A program made the translations under genes and the position numbers. The notes under the pieces were generated by a model. It worked only from the letters and a program-made list of their open reading frames with translations, was not told the DNA's origin and did not search any database. From Limnothrix sp. BL-A-16 (GTDB taxonomy: Bacteria; Cyanobacteriota; Cyanobacteriia; CACIAM-69d), in assembly GCA_041937175.2 (NCBI GenBank), contig CP166615.1:160001-224000 (forward strand): a stretch of DNA of 64,000 nucleotides, in the 5' to 3' direction. Position 1 is the stretch's first letter, and every line of letters starts with the position of its first letter. Positions 1-9,476 of this stretch are shown here, piece after piece.

Positions 1-483
1 TTGCGAAACCAAGCCAAGGGCAAAAAAACTCATAACGTTATGGGTAATGCAGAACGAGAGACGATTCGCGCCATTTTCCAGTCGATCGGAACCATGACTT
101 GGGAGTCCTTTGTCAGTAATCGTCTGCCCCTGCTGAAGCTGCCAGAAGCTATCCTCAATGCATTGCGCCAAGGTCAGTTGTCCTACACCAAAGCTTTGGC
201 CATTTCCAGAGTTCGGCAACCCAATCAGCAAAATCATCTACTACAGGAAGTAATTTCACGAGATTTATCACTCTCCGAAATTCGTAAACAGGTGGCCAGC
301 CTTAACAGTCCTGAAGCGACTCCCAACTTACCCAGTTCTCTGCGAGATCGTTGGAGTTATACCTATCGTCGGTTGCAGCAGTCGGGAGTTTTGAATGATC
401 CCCTAAAACGGCAGAGGGTAGAATCCTTGATGGCTGAATTAATCACCATTGCAGAGTCAGATGAATCTCAAGAGATTGAGTGA
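1..483 (+). CDS. ParB/RepB/Spo0J-family partition protein, C-terminal part (5' truncated by window edge)
   Basis: Translation contains WESFVSNRLPLLKLPEAILNALRQGQLSYTKALAISRV and LSLSEIRKQV, typical of the cyanobacterial ParB HTH/C-terminal region. Confidence 0.85.
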   Translation: MRNQAKGKKTHNVMGNAERETIRAIFQSIGTMTWESFVSNRLPLLKLPEAILNALRQGQLSYTKALAISRVRQPNQQNHLLQEVISRDLSLSEIRKQVASLNSPEATPNLPSSLRDRWSYTYRRLQQSGVLNDPLKRQRVESLMAELITIAESDESQEIE

Positions 484-489
484 TAGTTT

Positions 490-532
490 ACCGACAAACC
501 GTTTTTTTGTCCATAAACTACGGTTTGTCGGT
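490..532 (+). terminator. Stem-loop after parB
   Basis: 13-bp perfect inverted repeat ACCGACAAACCGT...ACGGTTTGTCGGT, 6 nt after the stop codon; U-tail is weak. Confidence 0.55.
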
Positions 533-769
533 CGATTTAGTCAAGATTAATGAATGAACTATCTAAAGCCCTGCTTAAGGTGCTTTGATCTGATCTCTGA
601 ATGATTTTCTGGGTGCAGTTAGGTGCTCTACTAAATGATTGAATGCCTGAAAAAATTCTGCCTTGTAATGATCATGAAATTTTAAGTTGTTGTTCTCAAG
701 AACCATAGAAATTTCATGACGATTAAATCTCTTCGCTTCTAACGGTTTTTCTTAAAACCGTAGCTAACC

Positions 770-2551
770 ATGTCTATTGCGCTTACTCTTGGTGTTTTGG
801 CGATCACATTCTTCCTATTTATTGTGGAATGGTTGCCCGTTGATATCACAGCGATTGGAATTGCTGTTTTGCTAATTCTTCTGGGACTCATTACTCCCGA
901 GGAGGGAATTGCTGGATTTAGTAATTCAGCAACGATCACGGTTATGGCAATGTTTGTGCTGAGTGCCGCGATCGAGCGTACAGGCGCGATTCAAGTTGTT
1001 AGTGAATTTCTGCAACAAAAAGGTGGCAAGAATCCAACTCGCCAAATTTTTGTACTGGGGTCAATTGTGGGGCCGATTACAGCATTTTTGAATAACACAG
1101 CCGTGGTGGCGGTGTTTATTCCCATTGTGGAAAATTGGTGCCGAAAACAGAATATCTCTACCTCGAAGCTATTAATTCCGCTGTCCTATGCCACTGTGCT
1201 TGGGGGCACCATCACAGTCATTGGCACTTCAACCAATGTGGTAGCTAGTGGACTATCTAAGCAACTGGGCTATGGAGAATTTGGCCTATTCGAGTTTGCA
1301 CCCATGGGCCTCATTGTCTTTGTGATTGGCCTGTGCTACTTGGCCCTGGCAGCCCCCAATCTTCTGCCCGATCGACGCAAGCCCGGTGAAATCTCAACCG
1401 TTGAAACTTATGGGCTGCGTGATTATTTCAGCGAAATTATTGTGACCCATCAATCATCTTTGATTGGAAAATCATTGCCAGCCAGTGACTTCCATCATCG
1501 ATATGATCTTGATGTTTTGGAAGTGATTCGTGATGGCATTATTTATAGACCTACAAGCCATGACTGGTTGCTAATGGCAGGGGATATCTTACTGGTTCGC
1601 TGCAACCGCGATCGCCTGCTGACCCTGAAAGATGAACGGGGGCTAGAAATCCTACCCGATGCCAAATTTTCCCTAGAATCTAACGAGCGATCGATTGCGG
1701 AAGCCTTAATTATTTCAAACTCTAGTCTCATCGGTTCTAGCTTACAAGAACTGCGATTTCGGCAACGATATAACTCCACGGTTTTAGCCATTCGCCGTGG
1801 CCAAGATTGCTTGTGCGAACGGTTGCGGGATGTTCGTTTGCGATTTGGTGATGTTCTATTGGTGCAAGGGCCGCATGACAGTTTACGCGGCCTGCAATCC
1901 AGCCCCGAATTATTAGTGGTGGAACCGCGAGAACTGGAACCCTTAAAGCGAGACAAGGCTGGTTTGGCCCTGACGATCGCCCTAGGAACCGTGCTGGCTG
2001 CTGCCACGGAAACGGTTCCCATTTTGGTTAGCGCTCTGGCCGGTGTCGTCTTGGTAATTGCGACGGGAATTTTGCGACCCCGAGAAATTTACCGAGTCAT
2101 TCGCTGGGATATTATCTTTCTTCTGGCGGGCCTGATGCCCCTAGGAACCGCTATGGAAAAGTCAGGGGCTACCGACTGGTTAGCATCACAATTAACGCAA
2201 GTGGGAGGACATCTTTCGGGCTTTTGGCTGTTAGTTCTGTTCTATGGTGTGACAACCCTATTGACTGAAGCCCTGTCGAATAATGCGGCGGTTTTATTGA
2301 TGCTGCCCATTGCGGTGAAGGTGGCGGAAACCTTGGAATTCTATACTTTACCGTTCATGCTGGTAGTGATGTTTGCAGCTTCAAATAGCTACCTAACCCC
2401 GATCGGCTACCAAACCAATACAATGGTTTATGGGCCAGGAGGCTACAAATTTCTAGACTTCACCAGGGTGGGAATTCCATTGAACTTAATTCTGACCTTC
2501 CTTGTGCCGCTGATGTCAATTTGGTTTTATGGACTAAACTTAAGTCATTAA
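770..2551 (+). CDS. SLC13/DASS family permease with two TrkA-C domains
   Basis: 593 aa; AFLNNTAVV, IGTSTN, SNNAA and TPIGYQTNTMVYGPGGYKF motifs; hydrophilic central RCK-C region. Confidence 0.9.
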   Translation: MSIALTLGVLAITFFLFIVEWLPVDITAIGIAVLLILLGLITPEEGIAGFSNSATITVMAMFVLSAAIERTGAIQVVSEFLQQKGGKNPTRQIFVLGSIVGPITAFLNNTAVVAVFIPIVENWCRKQNISTSKLLIPLSYATVLGGTITVIGTSTNVVASGLSKQLGYGEFGLFEFAPMGLIVFVIGLCYLALAAPNLLPDRRKPGEISTVETYGLRDYFSEIIVTHQSSLIGKSLPASDFHHRYDLDVLEVIRDGIIYRPTSHDWLLMAGDILLVRCNRDRLLTLKDERGLEILPDAKFSLESNERSIAEALIISNSSLIGSSLQELRFRQRYNSTVLAIRRGQDCLCERLRDVRLRFGDVLLVQGPHDSLRGLQSSPELLVVEPRELEPLKRDKAGLALTIALGTVLAAATETVPILVSALAGVVLVIATGILRPREIYRVIRWDIIFLLAGLMPLGTAMEKSGATDWLASQLTQVGGHLSGFWLLVLFYGVTTLLTEALSNNAAVLLMLPIAVKVAETLEFYTLPFMLVVMFAASNSYLTPIGYQTNTMVYGPGGYKFLDFTRVGIPLNLILTFLVPLMSIWFYGLNLSH

Positions 2552-2652
2552 AAAATGACCTTGATTCTTGCTGAAAAAACGACGTTGGCTAAATTTTCAT
2601 CAAGCAAGGCCAAGTTATTGTGCTTCTCTACCGCAATCATTTGATCACAACT

Positions 2653-3195
2653 ATGGAATCCATGACTTCCCAACCTTCACCCACCCATCCGTTACCCATT
2701 GACGAATCCCTTGAAATAGCTATGAATACAGCAGACGCGACCAACAGGGCAACCAATCAGGATGCCCAATCGGTTGCTCAGTTCCAGCAAGAAATCGAAG
2801 CGACAGAATCCCAAACGCTGGGATTCAAACTCTTGAAAAAATTGAAGGGTGGGCTGCTGGTTGTTGTGGGCTATCTGCTCTCGCCACTGTGCTGGTGGAA
2901 TGATTTGATTTTTAATCTGCCGATCGCCTACGCCTTTGGTGCGCTTTGCAACTGGCTAATTCCACACAGTTTTTTCGGGGGAGCGATCGTGGGCTATTGG
3001 CTCTCGAATGTGGTGGGAATTCTGATGATGCAATTTGGGGCAACGGAAATGGTTCAAAAAGAAGACCAAAATAAAAGCTTCCGGAAAACTCTGGTCACAG
3101 GACTGCTGTCCTCTACGGCCTATACAATTTTGGTGGTGGCGTTAGTGCAGTTTGGAATCCTAACCTTGCCGGATGGTTTGAGCTTTCAAGAGTAG
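2653..3195 (+). CDS. Conserved cyanobacterial hypothetical membrane protein
   Basis: GYLLSPLCWWNDLIFNLPIAY motif and several TM segments; start codon uncertain. Confidence 0.7.
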   Translation: MESMTSQPSPTHPLPIDESLEIAMNTADATNRATNQDAQSVAQFQQEIEATESQTLGFKLLKKLKGGLLVVVGYLLSPLCWWNDLIFNLPIAYAFGALCNWLIPHSFFGGAIVGYWLSNVVGILMMQFGATEMVQKEDQNKSFRKTLVTGLLSSTAYTILVVALVQFGILTLPDGLSFQE

Positions 3196-3206
3196 CAATC
3201 CCTCTC

Positions 3207-4043
3207 TCAGCGATTCATGGTGGAATTTGTGGTCTTGGACGGAGATTCTAGGTTAAATAGCTTTAATCCTTCGCTACCAATGATGGTCGGTAATTGACCA
3301 TTCCACCGCTCGATCGCCTGACGTTGAATTAACTCTGGGGTCAGGTGTTCTTTGAGAAGTCGTTGTGCTTCGGCTTCACCCCTGGCCCAGTTAACTCTTG
3401 CTTCGGCTTCTCGGGCGGCTTTCAGGGTCAAAAATTCCGCTCGCTTGGCTTCCTGTTCCGCAATTTGCTTGGCTTCAACGGCTTCGCTGAACCGATCGGA
3501 AAAATTGACATGAACCAGCGAAATATCATCAACAAAAATATGATATCCCCGTAGCCGATTGCTCAATAGTTGGTCTACGGCCCCTTTCACTTCTTCCCGG
3601 CGGGTGATAATTTCTTCCGCTGTGTATTTAGCCATAACGGCTTTTAAAACTTCCTCAACGGCAGGATCAATGGCTCGATCGACCACAGCCAGTTCATCGC
3701 CCAATTCTTGAAAGGCTAAGTTCACTTCATCAGGAATAAGATGCCAATTTAAGACCACATCGGTCTCAATTTCTTGTAAATCCTTCGAGGATGCTTCGGC
3801 TGAAATTTCACGTTTTTGAACGCGAACGGTTAATTTTTTAACAGCTTCTGCGATCGGGATGATCGGATGTAGACCTTCATTGAAAATTTGAGGTTGCACT
3901 TGACCAAAACGGAGCACCACGCCTCGCTCCCCGGCTGAGATAATGACTAATGGTTGTAAGATAATTAGGGTTAACAAAATAGCTGCCAACGGTCGAATAA
4001 TTTTTAATTGAAAAATATGCTTCAGGGAACTAATGAAAATCAT
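3207..4043 (-). CDS. Prohibitin/SPFH (Band 7) family protein
   Basis: GERGVVLRFG, ASSKDLQ and AVEAKQIAEQEA motifs; N-terminal TM anchor. Confidence 0.9.
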   Translation of the reverse strand: MIFISSLKHIFQLKIIRPLAAILLTLIILQPLVIISAGERGVVLRFGQVQPQIFNEGLHPIIPIAEAVKKLTVRVQKREISAEASSKDLQEIETDVVLNWHLIPDEVNLAFQELGDELAVVDRAIDPAVEEVLKAVMAKYTAEEIITRREEVKGAVDQLLSNRLRGYHIFVDDISLVHVNFSDRFSEAVEAKQIAEQEAKRAEFLTLKAAREAEARVNWARGEAEAQRLLKEHLTPELIQRQAIERWNGQLPTIIGSEGLKLFNLESPSKTTNSTMNR

Positions 4044-4150
4044 TAATTGTGACTAAGATCGTGATTTTTCTGAGGGCTTTTTTATTTTAACCCTGATCTT
4101 GGAAGTTCCTGAATTTGAAAATCTATCTGAGTAACGACTTGCTTACCTAA

Positions 4151-4281
4151 GAGGATGTCTGAAAAGCCAAAATTGCTACGCTGTACGCCCCAGAGATCGA
4201 TGTAGACAAGGGGCTTAAGCCCCTTGTTCCTACGACAATTAGTCTTTAGCCCGTACTGAAAGATACTTCTCAGACATCCTC
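4151..4281 (+). mobile_element. MITE family A (131 bp; IS5/IS1031-like ends)
   Basis: TIRs GAGGATGTCTGAAAAG / CTTCTCAGACATCCTC; TAA on both flanks (4148-4150, 4282-4284); central palindrome ACAAGGGGCTTAAGCCCCTTGT at 4206-4227; no ORF. Confidence 0.85.
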
Positions 4282-4287
4282 TAAGGG

Positions 4288-6018
4288 CTAAATACCATGG
4301 CTTTTACCAATGACCCAATGGCGACGAAAAAAACGCGCCAAACTCGATTCATCGAGGGGTAAATAAATCGGTCGCCCATGGGGACAGGTGCGAGGATTGT
4401 GGGTACGTTGCCATCGATCGAGCAAATCTTGCATTTCCACAAGCGTCAGGGGTGTGCCGTTGCGGATGGCGGTGCGGCAGGCGACGGCCACTTGGGCCGC
4501 TTCCAAGTTGTTGCTGTGGGCCAGCTCGCCCAAGGCGGCGGCCAAGTCAGGGCGATCGAGCAAGGGATCCGGGGCGCTGCGCACAATCCAGCAGCGATCG
4601 CCAAAGGGTTCAATTTCAATGCCCAAGTTCACCAGTCCCTCCCGTTCCGCCTCGCTCAGCTCATTCAGGACGATCGGTTGCGTCAGGGCGGAAATTTGCC
4701 AACGATCGCGCAAATATTCAAACAAAACCCGCTCATGGGCAATGTGCTGCTCCACTAGCCATAGACCGCCGGGATGCTCCGCCACAATGTAGGTGTTGTG
4801 AACTTGGGCGATCGCCCGCAGTTGTCCCCCCAAGGGATCGTCAAGGGGTTCGGGCGATCGGGACTGCCCCAGGGCTTGGGGATCATCGGGCGACGCGTTG
4901 GGATCGGCGGCGGTGCGCACACGATAGGTCGATCGCCCTTCGGCGGCCCGAATGAGCTTGGCCGTTCGCCCGATCGCGTAGGTGTTTGTTTGGGGTTCGT
5001 CGATCGCCTCGCGAAAGGAAAGGGCCTGTTGGAGCGCCGCCTGTACTTGGACTTGCCAATGGTCGATCGACTGGAGATAAAGCTTGTGTTTGTCGGGAGT
5101 GCGATTCCAGTCAATGCATTGGGGCGGTAACCGGAGATGCACCAGGGCGATCGGGTGGCGGCCGCGCGGCAGGGTGCGCCCCAAAGTCGCAAAAATTGTG
5201 TTTTCTAGTTCCGGCACTTCTGCCATTCGCCCGTTCACGGCAATCCGCACCCAGTCAGGGCGGGCCCGATGGATCCGATCGGGCAGACCCAAGGTGACGG
5301 TAATTTGGGCGGATCCTTCCTGGTCGTCGGGCAAGGGAGCGATCCACTGCACCTCCCGCAAATCGCCCGATCTCACCGGTTTCAAGATTTGGGGCAACAG
5401 GTGACGAGCCGAATCCCCCGGCGACAGGGCAAACCAGAGCCGATCGTTGCGATAGACCGTCCAGGCCATGGCGGGATGGCAAAGGGCCGCTTGCTGAATC
5501 ACCTGCTGAATCGATCGCAGTTGTTGAGCCAAAGACGGCAAACTATCGCGCCGCGACGGCCAAGCCTCAAACAAATCCTCCACCAAAACAATGGTTCCCG
5601 GCGCGATCGGGGCCGCTTCACAGCTCACAGCCTGGCCCGTGGCATCATACACCGCTCGCCAACCCTCTCCGCCAACCGGCCGGCTGCTGAGGCTCAGGCG
5701 ACTCAGTTGGGCCAAGCTGTGCAATGCTTCTCCCCGAAATCCCAGGCTGCGGATGTTGAACAAATCGGGGCGATCATGAATTTTGCTGGTGCTGTGGGGA
5801 GCGGCAGCCCGCAACAGATCCGCTCGGCCCATGCCGCAGCCGTTGTCCGTGAGCCGAATTTGGCCCCGATCGAGCCAGAGGGACAGGGCCAGCCGCGTGG
5901 CTCCCGCATCGATCGCGTTGTCCACCAACTCGCGCACCACCGCCGCCGGAGAGTCAATCACCTCCCCCGCCGCAATTAAATTCACCACCTCGATCGGCAG
6001 CGGTTGAATGGATCTCAT
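4288..6018 (-). CDS. mutL: DNA mismatch repair endonuclease MutL
   Basis: IAAGEVI, GFRGEAL, EQHIAHERVLFE, ACR and CPHGRP motifs. Confidence 0.95.
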   Translation of the reverse strand: MRSIQPLPIEVVNLIAAGEVIDSPAAVVRELVDNAIDAGATRLALSLWLDRGQIRLTDNGCGMGRADLLRAAAPHSTSKIHDRPDLFNIRSLGFRGEALHSLAQLSRLSLSSRPVGGEGWRAVYDATGQAVSCEAAPIAPGTIVLVEDLFEAWPSRRDSLPSLAQQLRSIQQVIQQAALCHPAMAWTVYRNDRLWFALSPGDSARHLLPQILKPVRSGDLREVQWIAPLPDDQEGSAQITVTLGLPDRIHRARPDWVRIAVNGRMAEVPELENTIFATLGRTLPRGRHPIALVHLRLPPQCIDWNRTPDKHKLYLQSIDHWQVQVQAALQQALSFREAIDEPQTNTYAIGRTAKLIRAAEGRSTYRVRTAADPNASPDDPQALGQSRSPEPLDDPLGGQLRAIAQVHNTYIVAEHPGGLWLVEQHIAHERVLFEYLRDRWQISALTQPIVLNELSEAEREGLVNLGIEIEPFGDRCWIVRSAPDPLLDRPDLAAALGELAHSNNLEAAQVAVACRTAIRNGTPLTLVEMQDLLDRWQRTHNPRTCPHGRPIYLPLDESSLARFFRRHWVIGKSHGI

Positions 6019-6063
6019 TCCTTCCTCAGTTGCCAGACGGCGGCGATGGCTCCTCCCGGAATC

Positions 6064-6326
6064 GAGAGACTGCGAAAAATCGGTTGAAAGCTAAAGCACT
6101 AGTGGTCGTGGGGGAAAGGGGCTTAGGGCCTGTCGTCAAATCGCCTGAAACCCTGATGCTGCCGTGAGCGGATCGTGGGGGGCAAGGGGCTTAGGGCCTG
6201 TCGTCAAATCGCCTGAAACCCTGATTCTGCCGCTAGCGGATCGTGGGGAGCAAGGGGCTTAAGCCCCTTGTCTTTGTCGGTCGGTGAGACCCGCAAGGTA
6301 GCTGTTTTGGCTGTTCAGGCATCCCC
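6064..6326. mobile_element. Composite: degenerate family A MITE with two tandem family B left halves in its palindrome
   Basis: GGGCCTGTCGTCAAATCGCCTGAAACCCTGAT starts at 6126 and 6194 (68-bp period), each directly after AAGGGGCTTA; full palindrome at 6251-6270; right arm ...TTTTGGCTGTTCAGGCATCCCC-TAA resembles the end of the family A copy at 13208-13338. Confidence 0.7.
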
Positions 6327-7177
6327 TAAGAAGGCTTTTTCTCGCTCTGGAAACGGAGCCATTCAGCCGCAAAGGCGATCGCCCCGGAACCTAACAGCAA
6401 CAGCACACTCAAGGCATTCACATCCGGCTTAACCCCCGTGCGAATTCGGCTGAAAATTTCCATTGGGAGTGTCGTTGCACCGCCACCGGCCGTGAAACTG
6501 GCAATCAAAAAGTCATCCAAACTGAGCACAAAGGCCAACAAACAGCCCGACATAATTCCCGGCACCAGTTGCGGCAACAGCACCTGAAAGAAAGATTGAA
6601 CCGGCGTTGCGCCCAAATCTTGGGCCGCTTCTTCCAAATAGGGATTGAGATCCGCCAATCGCGTGGAAACCGCCAGGGCAATATAGGCCAGGCAAAAGAC
6701 AATATGAGCCGCCACAATTGTCCAGAAGCTGAGGGGAATCGTCAGGGCTGCCAAGAACACCAATGTGGCCACCGCGATCGCAATGTCCGGCACGATCAGG
6801 GGCAAATAGGACATGCCTAGATATAGTCCCTTGCCCCAAAATCGATAGCGGGCCAAGCCAACGGCCATCGTGGTTCCCAGCACAGCCGACACCACCACAG
6901 CGCCCAGCCCTACTGCCAGGCTGGTCTGCAAGGCTCCCAAAATCCGCCCATCCCGCAGCAGCTTGGCATACCACTCCAGGGTGAACCCTGTCCAACCGGC
7001 GCTGTAGGGCGACTGATTGAAGCTATAGACCGTCAGTACCAGAATCGGCAGGTACATCAGGAAGAACATGACCGAGGTAAATGCGCCCTGCCAGGTCAGG
7101 CGAGGCTTACGCGATCGAGCCATAGCGTCTGCGAGGGCCTCCTGGGAATCCGTTGAAGCAGGATCGAGATCGAGCAT
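6326..7177 (-). CDS. potC: Spermidine/putrescine ABC transporter permease PotC
   Basis: EEAAQDLGA (EAA) motif and FVLSLDDF; last gene of the potA-D-B-C cluster; start codon uncertain. Confidence 0.9.
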   Translation of the reverse strand: MLDLDPASTDSQEALADAMARSRKPRLTWQGAFTSVMFFLMYLPILVLTVYSFNQSPYSAGWTGFTLEWYAKLLRDGRILGALQTSLAVGLGAVVVSAVLGTTMAVGLARYRFWGKGLYLGMSYLPLIVPDIAIAVATLVFLAALTIPLSFWTIVAAHIVFCLAYIALAVSTRLADLNPYLEEAAQDLGATPVQSFFQVLLPQLVPGIMSGCLLAFVLSLDDFLIASFTAGGGATTLPMEIFSRIRTGVKPDVNALSVLLLLGSGAIAFAAEWLRFQSEKKPS

Positions 7178-7256
7178 GGGGCGATCGGGAAGAGCAATCA
7201 AAGGGAATCGAGCAAAGACAAACGAACCACTGCACCATCATGCATCCCCAAACATC

Positions 7257-8150
7257 CTAGGCAGCGGGGCGGCCATCACCGTAGCGAATGAGCAACGCAA
7301 TCCCCAAACTGACAGCCAGGATCATCAGCATACTCAAAGCCGAACCAAAGCCCCAATTTTGGGTCGCACCCAGAAACTGGTTATAGATTAGCCGGGAAGC
7401 CGTCATGCTGGAGGCCCCGCCGAGCAATTCCGGGTTCACAAAGTCGCCCAAACTGGTGATCAGCACCAACAACGAACCGGCGGCAATGCCTTGTAAGCTT
7501 TGGGGAACGGTCACTTTCCAGAAGGCCTCGATCGGGGTGGCCCCCAGATCTGCCGCTGCTTCTAACAATCGGCGATCGAGCTTTTCCAGAGAAGAGTACA
7601 GAATCAGCACCATGTAGGGCAAAAAGCTGTAGGCCATCCCCAGGAGCACGGCGGGCGTTTGGTTCAAAATATCCAGACCCGGCAGCCCCACCAGTCCCAA
7701 CAGGGAGTTCAACACGCCTGTGGGTCGCAAAATCGTAATCCAAGCGTAGGAACGCAGCAGCGAAGAAGTCCACAGGGGCAGCGTAAAGGCCACCAACAGC
7801 AGGTTTTGCCACCGCTTGGGTGACATCAGCGCCAACCAGTAAGCCACCGGAAACCCCAACAGCAAACAAACCGCCGTTGTTCCGATCGCGTAGAACAGGG
7901 TGCGCCCAATCACTTGGAGATAGATGGGCTGAAACACCGTCAGGTAGTTGTCAATCCCCGAGGGGTTCACCAAGTCGCCGGGTTTGATGCCGGGAACCAG
8001 GCTGAGTTCAAAAATCACCAGCACCGGCAAAACCAACAGCAGCAACAGCCACAGGCCCGGCGGCCCCAACAGCGCCCAAGGGCCAACCCAACGGCGGGGT
8101 TTGGGGGCGGGAGCCTCAACGATCGGGTTAGCGGGGCTAGCGGGGGTCAT
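7257..8150 (-). CDS. potB: Spermidine/putrescine ABC transporter permease PotB
   Basis: LLEAAADLGA motif, LPLWTSSLLRSYAW and NWGFGSAL. Confidence 0.9.
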   Translation of the reverse strand: MTPASPANPIVEAPAPKPRRWVGPWALLGPPGLWLLLLLVLPVLVIFELSLVPGIKPGDLVNPSGIDNYLTVFQPIYLQVIGRTLFYAIGTTAVCLLLGFPVAYWLALMSPKRWQNLLLVAFTLPLWTSSLLRSYAWITILRPTGVLNSLLGLVGLPGLDILNQTPAVLLGMAYSFLPYMVLILYSSLEKLDRRLLEAAADLGATPIEAFWKVTVPQSLQGIAAGSLLVLITSLGDFVNPELLGGASSMTASRLIYNQFLGATQNWGFGSALSMLMILAVSLGIALLIRYGDGRPAA

Positions 8151-8255
8151 AGGGCTTGTGAGGGCTAATCAGCAAAAATAGTTCAAGGGTTAGGGCAGTT
8201 GGCGTGAACAGCTTCAATTAACATTCAATTAACAGTCATTAAGGCTTGCTCGGCC

Positions 8256-9371
8256 CTAGCCGCTGGTTAGCTGAGTCCAGTAGCGATCGTAAAGGGAGGT
8301 GGCCGCGCCCACGGGGGCAATGCCTTCGCAGCGATCGAGCACCGATTGCGACGGGAACAGGCTGGGATTTTGCACTAAATCCGGCGGCAACTGTTCGATC
8401 GCCCGGCGGCTGGCGGTGGCAAACTTCAGGCGCTGGGTCATGCCTGCGGCCACCTCCGGCTGCAACGTGAAATTCATCCAAGCATAGGCCGCTTCCACAT
8501 TGGGCGCACTGATCGGGATCGCCATCGTGTCCGTCCAGAGGGAGGAACCGCTAGCGGGAATCACATAGCCCAACTGGTCGTTTTCCTCGATCGCCTCGAT
8601 CGCATCGGAGGAAAACCCCATGGCGATCGTTAAATCCCCCGCCAAAATCCGGTCTTTCCAACCATCCGTGGTGAATTGGGCGATCGCCGGTCGCAGTTCC
8701 CGCAACGCCTCGTAGGCCTGGCGAATTTGATCGGGATCCTGGGAGTTGTAGGAATGGCCCAACCGGCGCAAAGCCAAGCCCATGGTTTCCCGCTGATCAT
8801 TAAACAGCGTCACCTGGCGCTGGAGGCGGGCCCGATTGGCCCACAGAAATTCCCAATCCGTTGGCGGGCGATCGACCCGTTGCCGGTTGTAAATCAAGCC
8901 CGTTGTGCCCCAAGCGGCCGGGACGCTGTGGCCATTGTTGGGGTCATAGCTGGGATTTTGGTAGGTTTCCAGCAAATCCTGCAACCCAAGCAGGCGATCG
9001 TGATCCAACTCCCGCAACAGATTACGCTCTCGCATCTGCCGCACCATGTAATCGGAGGGGTAGATGATGCTGTACTGACTGCCGCCGCCCGCTTGCAGCT
9101 TGGCCAACATCACCTCATTGGAATCAAAAATATCCACCACCACCGAGAGGCCCGTTTCCTTTTGGAACCGAGCGATCAGTAGCTCATCGGTGTAGCCAGC
9201 CCAGGTGTAGATATAAAGCTTGGAAGGATCCCCGACTGCGCCCGGCGATGGCCGCACCTGGGCCAAGCGCCAGCCACAGCCCGTCATGGCCAGGCCAGCG
9301 GCCGCCACCGAAGTGCGGCGCAAGAAGTCACGACGGGAAAGGGCACGACGAGAAGGGGCAACGGAAGCCAT
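8256..9371 (-). CDS. potD: Polyamine ABC transporter substrate-binding lipoprotein PotD/PotF (Tat signal)
   Basis: SRRDFL Tat motif and lipobox MTGC; YTWAGY, FDSNE, PSDY and WGTTG motifs. Confidence 0.9.
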   Translation of the reverse strand: MASVAPSRRALSRRDFLRRTSVAAAGLAMTGCGWRLAQVRPSPGAVGDPSKLYIYTWAGYTDELLIARFQKETGLSVVVDIFDSNEVMLAKLQAGGGSQYSIIYPSDYMVRQMRERNLLRELDHDRLLGLQDLLETYQNPSYDPNNGHSVPAAWGTTGLIYNRQRVDRPPTDWEFLWANRARLQRQVTLFNDQRETMGLALRRLGHSYNSQDPDQIRQAYEALRELRPAIAQFTTDGWKDRILAGDLTIAMGFSSDAIEAIEENDQLGYVIPASGSSLWTDTMAIPISAPNVEAAYAWMNFTLQPEVAAGMTQRLKFATASRRAIEQLPPDLVQNPSLFPSQSVLDRCEGIAPVGAATSLYDRYWTQLTSG

Positions 9372-9476
9372 GAATAATCAAAGCAAGGTTGGGTAGAGCG
9401 CTGGCTAGGCCATGCTTTGGGAATCAGTACTTTGAGAGTGAGTACCTTGGGAATGGTTGATTAGCCCCCCTTTGCC

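Noticed and set aside
4378..5979. Many long antisense or overlapping ORFs over mutL, pot, PBP, infB, gyrA and others
   Set aside because: Shadow ORFs expected in GC-rich coding DNA; no recognisable motifs
6117..6270. 68-bp periodic repeats (also 54793-55078) as a CRISPR array
   Set aside because: The 'spacers' are nearly identical to each other, the units resolve into nested MITE halves with TIRs and TA duplications, and there are no cas genes
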